Source of the DNA: Dehalococcoidia bacterium
Lineage (GTDB): Bacteria > Chloroflexota > Dehalococcoidia > Bin125
Assembly: GCA_963555985.3 (NCBI GenBank)
Contig: CAUVXV020000004.1
Location: 1-13,644 of the forward strand
Direction of reading: 5' to 3'
DNA: 13,644 nucleotides
Position numbers and translations under genes: made by a program. Of this stretch, positions 7,598 to 13,644 are shown one piece after another (the stretch's first letter is position 1; each line of letters starts with the position of its first letter). A model generated the notes under the pieces. It ran no database searches. It was not told the origin of the DNA and saw only the letters and a list, made by a program, of their open reading frames with translations.

Positions 7598-7693
7598 CGT
7601 CATACCCGCGCTTGCCGCGGGTATCTCGCTGTTGTCTGCACGGTCGTCGCTCGCGCGGCAATGACGGAGCACGTCGGCTATTGCAAAGCTCTC
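7598..7693. repeat. Degenerate member of the hairpin MITE family
   Basis: CGTC-ATACCCGCG-CTTGC-CGCGGGTAT hairpin, CAATGACG motif, and type B-like right end TATTGCAAAGCTCTC (7679-7693). No clear left end. Confidence 0.6.
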
Positions 7694-7756
7694 CCCCCCT
7701 TGCGGGGGGAGATGCCGAAAGCCTGCCCCAGGCCTGAACTGGGGGCAGAGGGGGGG
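7689..7756. repeat. Second REP-like palindromic family, copy 1
   Basis: CTCTCCCCCCCTTGCGGGGGGAGATG...GCCTGCCCC...CAGAGGGGG; first 26 bp identical to 8893-8918. Confidence 0.85.
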
Positions 7757-7963
7757 TATCCCATTTGCACCGCCATCGGCGTCTGAACCAGCGCTTCTAT
7801 CCCATATGTGAACAGTCCCTAACGCCGGAAACTCACTCCAAAGAACACAAATTCCCACTCTGTCAACCAGACAACAACCCCAATCACCCCAATCACGACC
7901 AAACCATGTAACGTCGTCAGAACCTACGTATCGTACAAGCGTACTCGAAAGGAAGCCGCAACC

Positions 7964-8869
7964 ATGTACATCTCACCCCGCCGACGCCGCCGCATCCTCG
8001 AAGCCCACCGCCTCCGCCAGGAGGGACACTCCCTCCGCGCCATCGCCCAATTCCTCGACGTCTCCGCTGCCACCGTCCACGCCGACCTCAAACTGCTCGA
8101 AACCCACTGGAGCGACCTCGTCGAACAAGCCGCCGACGACCTCCTCCTCAACCAAATCAATCAGCTCGAACGTCGCCTCGTCAAAGTCCTCGAACGCAAC
8201 CCCTTCGACGTCTTCGACCGCTACCTCGTCAGCCTCGGCGAGGGCTACTTCCGCGCCTGGACCGACACCCTCTCCGCCACCGATATCGTCCGCGTCCAAC
8301 AGGCCCACACCGCCGAAATCGCACTCCTCTTCCGCGAAACCCGGCGTGCCATCCAGGACCTCCACCGCCGCGCCGGACAACGCCGCGACTTGGCCGCCCA
8401 ATCCGACTCCGACCGCGAACCCGACTACCCCGCCGAAGAACTCACCGATCCCCCGAGCCCCGGCGAAGAGCTCCTGATCCAACAACGCCGCGACGACCGC
8501 GCCCGAACCCAAGCCGAATTCCTCCCGGACGCCCCGGACTCGCTGAACATCCCTGAACACCCTGAACCCGCTTCAGCCCAGCCAGCAAAGGAAAACCTCC
8601 AAACCGGCCCGCCCGAAAAAATTTCCCCTGAACAACCTGAACACCCGCTCGGCGACGCCCCCGAAGACAGCCCCGAACACCTCCCCGTCGCCCCCAAAAC
8701 CATGCTCCAAGCCATCCACGACGAGATCGTCGCCGACAACCCCCTCCTCAAAAGCAAAAACGAGGACGAACTCATCGCCTTCCTCGACCAACTCGCCCTC
8801 CAACTCCAACCCGAAGACCTAACCGAACCCCCCATCCCCATCTACACCGACGCCGCCGCCGGCAGCTAA
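7964..8869 (+). CDS. Hypothetical protein with N-terminal helix-turn-helix and Pro/Glu-rich disordered C-terminal half
   Basis: GHSLRAIAQFLDVSAATVHADL HTH pattern, AAGGA upstream, 301 aa open frame. Confidence 0.8.
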   Translation: MYISPRRRRRILEAHRLRQEGHSLRAIAQFLDVSAATVHADLKLLETHWSDLVEQAADDLLLNQINQLERRLVKVLERNPFDVFDRYLVSLGEGYFRAWTDTLSATDIVRVQQAHTAEIALLFRETRRAIQDLHRRAGQRRDLAAQSDSDREPDYPAEELTDPPSPGEELLIQQRRDDRARTQAEFLPDAPDSLNIPEHPEPASAQPAKENLQTGPPEKISPEQPEHPLGDAPEDSPEHLPVAPKTMLQAIHDEIVADNPLLKSKNEDELIAFLDQLALQLQPEDLTEPPIPIYTDAAAGS

Positions 8870-8889
8870 GCAGAACCACTCCCAAAATT

Positions 8890-8961
8890 CCCCTCTCCCC
8901 CCCTTGCGGGGGGAGATGTCCCGTAGAGCCTGCCCCCGCGAAGGCGGGGGGACAGAGGGGG
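8890..8961. repeat. Second REP-like palindromic family, copy 2
   Basis: Same 26-bp hairpin plus GCCTGCCCCCGCGAAGGCGGGGG and CAGAGGGGG. Starts about 20 bp after the HTH gene stop, so it may also act as a terminator. Confidence 0.85.
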
Positions 8962-8994
8962 TCCGCACGCCTCTTCGGGAAGTCCGCACCCCAC

Positions 8995-9292
8995 CGTCAT
9001 TCCCGCGCCGGGAGACCGTTGCAAAATCCCCATATCCGTCATTCCCGCGAACGCGGGAATCCACGTCCCACTCGATACGCCGCATGGATTCCCGCCTGCG
9101 GAGGCTTTTGCAAAACTCCCATTTCCGTCATTCCAGGCTTGACCTGGAATCTCGTTCGGAGTTCGGTCTATCGGGTCAGGCGAGATTCCAGCTTTCGCTG
9201 GAATGACGAGAGCAGCGGGAATGCCAATTTGCAAAGGCCTCCCTGCGCGGGAATGACGAAACCAACCGATCGCGAAGCGATGTATCAACCTC
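8995..9292. mobile_element. Composite MITE cluster 4: half hairpin, element 9012-9292 and a nested type B copy
   Basis: Left end GAGACCGTTGCAAAA (9012-9026); degenerate type A-like right end GCGATGTATCAACCTC (9277-9292) at the homologous position. Removing the nested copy plus one duplication leaves 134 bp. Confidence 0.75.
9101..9241. mobile_element. Nested complete type B MITE, 141 bp, variant hairpins
   Basis: GAGGCTTTTGCAAA / TTTGCAAAGGCCTC ends. CCTGCG at 9095-9100 and 9242-9247. Excision restores GGATTCCCGC-CTGC-GCGGGAATGAC. Confidence 0.88.
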
Positions 9293-9344
9293 TGAGAGGC
9301 AAGAGGCGTCTGCACGATTATTCCCGAAGCCGCGCAAACAGACC

Positions 9345-11588
9345 CTAGCTCCGGGTCAGGTTTGCAATCGAGGCGAGCAGGCGCTTGACGCCCGTTTCCT
9401 CGAATCTGACCGTGACCTCGGCGTCGGATCCGATCGGGCGCAGGGAGACCACGACGCCCGCGCCGAAGGTCTCGTGGGAGACGCGGTCGCCCGGGTTGAG
9501 GCCGATCTGGACGGGTTCCGCCTGGGCGTCGTCGAAGCTGTCGAAGTCGTCCCAGCGGACGGTGCGGTTGCGCGCGGGGCGCACGTCCTGTCCGACCTGG
9601 GCGCTCGCGGCGCGATCGAGCTGCACCAGTTCGGCCGGCAGATCGAGCAGGAATCGGGAGGGGGAGTTGTGCCCGGAGCGGCCCTGATAGGCGCGGCGGA
9701 AGGCATAGAGCAGGTGCAGCTCGCGTTCGGCGCGGGTCATGCCGACATAACAGAGCCGCCGCTCTTCCTCCAACTGAGCGGGATCGTCCATCGACAACTG
9801 GTGCGGCAGCAGGTTCTCCTCCAGCCCCGCCATGAACACGACCGGGAACTCCAGCCCCTTGGACTGGTGCAGCGTGATCAGGGTGACCGCGTCGGGCGGG
9901 CCTTCGGGCAGGTCGTCCACGTCGGCGACCAGGGCGACATCTTCGAGAAAGGCGTCGAGCGCCGCGCCCGGCGCGATCTCGGCGTAGTTCTCGGTGACGG
10001 TGATCAGCTCCTGCACGTTTTCCCAACGGCTCTCGGCGTCGGTTTCGTTGTCCGCCTGACGCTCGAGGTAGTCGCGGTAGCGGGTCTTGAGCAAGATCGT
10101 GCGGAGCGCAGCGCCCAGCGGCTCGCGCGCGGCCTGGGCCCGCGCCTCCTCGATCAAACCGACGAAGGCGTGCAGCGTGCTCGCCGCTTTGCGCGACGCC
10201 GCTGGCGGCGCGACCTGACCGTTGAGCGCATCCGCGTCCCTGCCCGAAGCGGCCTCTGCCGCCTGCATCAAGGTGCGCCCGTGCATTGCCGCCCAGTCGG
10301 TCAGGTTTTGCACCGTTTTCGCGCCTACGCCCCGCGTGGGCACGTTGACCACGCGATTGAAGGCGACCGAGTCCGCCGGATTCCGGACCAGACGCAGGTA
10401 GGCGAGCAGATCGCGCACTTCGCGCCGGTCGTAGAAGCGAGTCGCGCCGACGAGTCGGTAGGGCAAGCCGTGCTGAACGAACGCCTCCTCGATCGGCCGC
10501 GACTGCGCGTTGGTGCGGTAGAGCACGGCCGCGTCGCCCGGGCGCATCGCGCCCTCCCGGATCCCGCCTTCGATCGCCGCCGCGATGTACTCCGCCTCAT
10601 CCTGTTCGCTGTAGGCCTCATGCACTCGCGGCAGGGGGCCGTCGTGGTTCTCCGTGATCAGCTGCCGCTCGATGCGATCGCGTCCGCGCGCGATCACCGC
10701 GTTGGCGACGTCCAGGATCTGCTGCGTGGAGCGGTAGTTGTTGTTCAGTTGCACTTCCGCAGCGGCGGCATGGTCGTTGATGAAGTAGCGCAGGTTGCGG
10801 ATATCGGCCGAGCGCCAGGAGTAGATCGACTGATCGGGGTCGCCCACGACGGTCAAGTTCTGGGTGCCTCCCGACCAGGCGCGGGCGAGCTGATACTGCA
10901 CCGTGGAGGTGTCCTGGAACTCGTCTACGAGCACGTGCTCGAATCGATCCTGGTAGTACTGCCGCACCTCGGCGAGCTCGAACAGTTGCAGTGTGCGCAG
11001 CAGCAGGTCGTCGAAGTCGAGCGCTTGGGCTTCGCGGAGCGCGGCGGCGTAGCGTTCCCAGACTCGCGCCGCTACTTCGTCGAAGTAGTTCCCGGTCGCC
11101 GCCGCGAAGTCCTCCAACGAGGTGCCTTCGCTCTTGCTGCGCGAGATTCGGCTCAACATCGCGCGGGGCGCATACTGTTTCGGATCGAGCTGGAGTTCCT
11201 TGAGCGCGGCGCGCACGATCTGCATCTGGTCGTCGTCGTCGAAGATCTGAAACTGCCGCGGCACCGCGATCGCTTCGCCGCGCGAGCGCAGCATCCGCAC
11301 GCAGATGCGGTGGAAGGTGCCCAGCCAGACCTGTTCGCTCTGCTCTTCGCCGATCAGCGCTTCCAGCCGTCCGCGCATCTCGCGCGCGGCGCGGTTGGTG
11401 AAGGTGACCGCCAGAATGCGCCAGGGCGCGACGCCCTGCTCGATCAGCCAGGCGATCCGGTGGGTGACGACGCGGGTCTTGCCCGAGCCGGGTCCAGCCA
11501 CGATCAGCAGCGGCCCGTCGGGATGCGTGACCGCTTCGCGCTGGGCGTCGTTGAGTTGTTCGAGCTGGAGGGGGGAACGAGTGGTCAT
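9345..11588 (-). CDS. pcrA: ATP-dependent DNA helicase PcrA/UvrD, about 747 aa
   Basis: AGPGSGKT, TFTNRAA, VDEFQD, VGDPDQSIYSWR, NYRST, YRTNAQSR, TLHQSKGLEF, EERRLCYVGMTRA and a C-terminal GDRVSHETFGAG Tudor-like domain. Alternative start at 11600. Confidence 0.96.
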   Translation of the reverse strand: MTTRSPLQLEQLNDAQREAVTHPDGPLLIVAGPGSGKTRVVTHRIAWLIEQGVAPWRILAVTFTNRAAREMRGRLEALIGEEQSEQVWLGTFHRICVRMLRSRGEAIAVPRQFQIFDDDDQMQIVRAALKELQLDPKQYAPRAMLSRISRSKSEGTSLEDFAAATGNYFDEVAARVWERYAAALREAQALDFDDLLLRTLQLFELAEVRQYYQDRFEHVLVDEFQDTSTVQYQLARAWSGGTQNLTVVGDPDQSIYSWRSADIRNLRYFINDHAAAAEVQLNNNYRSTQQILDVANAVIARGRDRIERQLITENHDGPLPRVHEAYSEQDEAEYIAAAIEGGIREGAMRPGDAAVLYRTNAQSRPIEEAFVQHGLPYRLVGATRFYDRREVRDLLAYLRLVRNPADSVAFNRVVNVPTRGVGAKTVQNLTDWAAMHGRTLMQAAEAASGRDADALNGQVAPPAASRKAASTLHAFVGLIEEARAQAAREPLGAALRTILLKTRYRDYLERQADNETDAESRWENVQELITVTENYAEIAPGAALDAFLEDVALVADVDDLPEGPPDAVTLITLHQSKGLEFPVVFMAGLEENLLPHQLSMDDPAQLEEERRLCYVGMTRAERELHLLYAFRRAYQGRSGHNSPSRFLLDLPAELVQLDRAASAQVGQDVRPARNRTVRWDDFDSFDDAQAEPVQIGLNPGDRVSHETFGAGVVVSLRPIGSDAEVTVRFEETGVKRLLASIANLTRS

Positions 11589-11595
11589 CGCAGCG

Positions 11596-11622
11596 AGCAT
11601 AGCTGCGAGATCGGGATATAGT
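11596..11622. promoter_or_regulatory. Putative back-to-back -10 elements for pcrA and the zinc-ribbon gene
   Basis: TATGCT on the minus strand (11601-11596), 7 nt before the pcrA ATG; TATAGT on the plus strand (11617-11622). Confidence 0.4.
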
Positions 11623-11675
11623 GGCAGCGCGGGTATCGGGGCGGGCGTCGGGCTGACGCGCTTGCGAGGCGGAAC

Positions 11676-12251
11676 ATGGTCGCTGCGGCGGCGGGCGGAT
11701 CGTTCGAGAGTTGGAGCGCTGCTGGGGTTGATTGGCCCGGCGGCAGTCCTGAGAACACCGGCCTGATCATCGCCATCATCGTGGGCGCGTATTTGGTGGC
11801 GCTGTGGATTTCGGCGGCGGTCTGGACGGCGCGCGACATTCGCAACCGGACGCACGATCCGGTGGCGCAGATCGTCTCGACCCTGATCGTGCTCGTGTTC
11901 AACTTCCCCGGGCTCGTGCTCTACCGCGTGCTGCGTCCGCCGCTGACCTTGCAGGAGGCGGAAGAGCATCAGTTGGAGACGGACGCGCTGACGCGCGAGC
12001 TCCAGCAGCACCCCAGCTGCCCGCGCTGCCAGGCCGAGATCCTGCCCGACTATCTCGCCTGTCCCCGCTGCGCGGCGCTTCTGCGGCGTCAGTGCGAGTC
12101 CTGCGCGCGCATCCTCGATCCGGCCTGGGTGATGTGTCCCTGGTGCGCGCATCGGGTTGAGACCGAAGCGGCGAATGGCACGTCCGAGTCTGCCGTACGA
12201 TCAGCTACGCCCGAAGCGAGCCCGAGCCAGGAGAGTGCGACCGATGGCTGA
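11676..12251 (+). CDS. Membrane protein with double zinc ribbon (DZR) domain
   Basis: Two TM helices, WxxRDIxxRT and YxxLRP motifs, then CPRC, CPRC, CESC and CPWC. Confidence 0.88.
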   Translation: MVAAAAGGSFESWSAAGVDWPGGSPENTGLIIAIIVGAYLVALWISAAVWTARDIRNRTHDPVAQIVSTLIVLVFNFPGLVLYRVLRPPLTLQEAEEHQLETDALTRELQQHPSCPRCQAEILPDYLACPRCAALLRRQCESCARILDPAWVMCPWCAHRVETEAANGTSESAVRSATPEASPSQESATDG

Positions 12252-13075
12252 GATTCGACACTCGCGGATCGAGATCAACGGGGTCTCGGCTCCGATCGCG
12301 GAGGCGGGACCCGACGGTTCGTCGGAGGCGGCGGTCTGTCTGCACTCGGTGCCGGGGCTCGGGCCGCGACTTTCAGTGGCTGCTGCCGGAAACGGGCGAA
12401 GTCGTGCGTTCGATTGCGCTGGATCTGCCCGGTTTCGGGCGGGCCGACAAGCCGCGCGACTTTCCCTACTCGATTCAGGGCTATCAAACCTGGTTCGCGC
12501 CCGCGCTGAACGAGTTGGGCGCGGAGCGGGTGCATCTGATCCTGCACAGCTTTCACGGGATGACCGGTCTGATGTGGGCGGCGATGAACCCGGACAAGTG
12601 CGCGTCGGTGACGCTGCTCGATTCGGGTGTCCTGGAGGACTACAAGGGCAACCTGGTGGCGAATATCTGGCGCACGCCGATCGCGGGGGAGATTCTCCAG
12701 TTCACGACGACTCGCCCGCTGTTCAAGCTGTTCATGCGCTGGGGCAATCCGCGCGGGCTGAATCCGCAATGGCTCGACGAGTTGATCACGGAGGACGATC
12801 GCGACACGCGCCGGGTCACGCTCGAGCTCTACCGCAACACCAACTTCGACGACGCGAGGATCTTGCGCGAGGCGCTGAGTCCGCGCGAACTTCCGGCGCT
12901 GGTGATCTATGGGAAGAAAGATCCATTCATCAGCTGGAAGTACGCCGAGCGTCAGCGGGAGACATTCCCCGAGGCGGAAGTGCACGTCTGGGAAGATTGC
13001 GGCCACTTCCCCCACGTCCAGCATCCAGAGCGGACGGCGGAGACCGTCTTGGCGTTTCTTAGGAGCCTAATCTGA
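12244..13075 (+). pseudogene. Alpha/beta-fold hydrolase split by a one-base frameshift (pseudogene or sequencing error)
   Basis: MAEIRH...VCLHSVPG in one frame, SGRDFQW...ALDLPGFG...GHFP in the next. Deleting one G from GGGG (12354-12357) gives a 276-aa ORF. The start overlaps the upstream stop (ATGGCTGA). Confidence 0.85.
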
Positions 13076-13644
13076 GTCGACTTTGGTCTGATAAGGATTA
13101 TGGGTTTCTTCTCTGAGACGTGCGGATGATCGCGGCATGCGACGCGTGGCTCGTTTGCGATCACAGGCTGGGCATTGGCAGGTGAGGTCTCGTGTCAGAT
13201 GCACGAGTCCGTGCAGCTTCCCATCGGCGTGATCGAACTTGTTCGCGACTGCGTTGAAATGCCGGGTGTGGCCGCCTGCGTAGCGACCATAGATCGCATT
13301 CGATATGAAGTCCGCCAGCTGGAGCAAGCGGGTGCTGCGGGCGAGCGCAAAGTAGGGAATGTCCGCCATGTTCCTCAGGTGCCCCCAGTAGTGTCCCTCC
13401 TCCCAGATTTCACGCGCGAGCCGTTCCAAGTTCTTTCGATGTTCACGCGCCTCCGCCACAACGACGAGTCCTCGTTGGGGATTGTTTTCTTGCAGATACA
13501 TGCGCTGGAGCATGAGATCGAATCGGTTGACGACTTCCTGAAATGCGCGGTCATACCGCGGCTCGTCCACGGCACCGCGATCGACGACTGCCGCGAAGAT
13601 ATGTGCTTGGGCCTGCGCGATCGTGCCGTACACCTGATCGAGGA
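13067..13644 (-). CDS. DUF3800-like protein, 5' end outside the window
   Basis: STRLLQLADFISNAIY motif, frame open to the window edge, C-terminal HGLVH...CQCPAC. Confidence 0.72.
   Translation of the reverse strand, partial: LDQVYGTIAQAQAHIFAAVVDRGAVDEPRYDRAFQEVVNRFDLMLQRMYLQENNPQRGLVVVAEAREHRKNLERLAREIWEEGHYWGHLRNMADIPYFALARSTRLLQLADFISNAIYGRYAGGHTRHFNAVANKFDHADGKLHGLVHLTRDLTCQCPACDRKRATRRMPRSSARLREETHNPYQTKVDSD

Noticed and set aside
6585-7661. Long N-terminal extension of the TIGR01906 ORF
   Set aside because: It is the antisense shadow of mazG in GC-rich DNA.
8543-8646. CCTGAACA 9-bp period microrepeats (also CCCCAATCA twice near 7878)
   Set aside because: Two to three copies in low-complexity sequence, consistent with ordinary slippage.
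9474-12152. 715-aa plus-strand ORF and 935-aa extended pcrA
   Set aside because: These are antisense shadows of pcrA and the zinc-ribbon gene; helicase homology starts near 11588.

Overview
GC-rich bacterial window whose gene set is suggestive of Chloroflexota (inference). Genes: amidase, truncated higB plus intact higA, RNase Z/AtsA-like metallo-hydrolase, tRNA-Arg(CCU), FmdB zinc ribbon, a triple-Cache exported protein, TIGR01906 membrane protein, mazG, an orphan HTH protein, pcrA/uvrD, a double zinc-ribbon membrane protein, a frameshifted alpha/beta hydrolase and a partial DUF3800 gene. The main unexplained structure is intergenic: a ~133-bp non-autonomous element family with two end types (GAGACYGATGCATAAC with 5-bp TAGRA duplications; GAGGCCTTTGCAAAA with 6-bp duplications). 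It carries a pair of dRS3/REP-like hairpins and inserts into those same hairpins, giving nested copies, 42-bp tandem scars and an inverted core. No transposase is in the window. All alignments and counts were done by eye.
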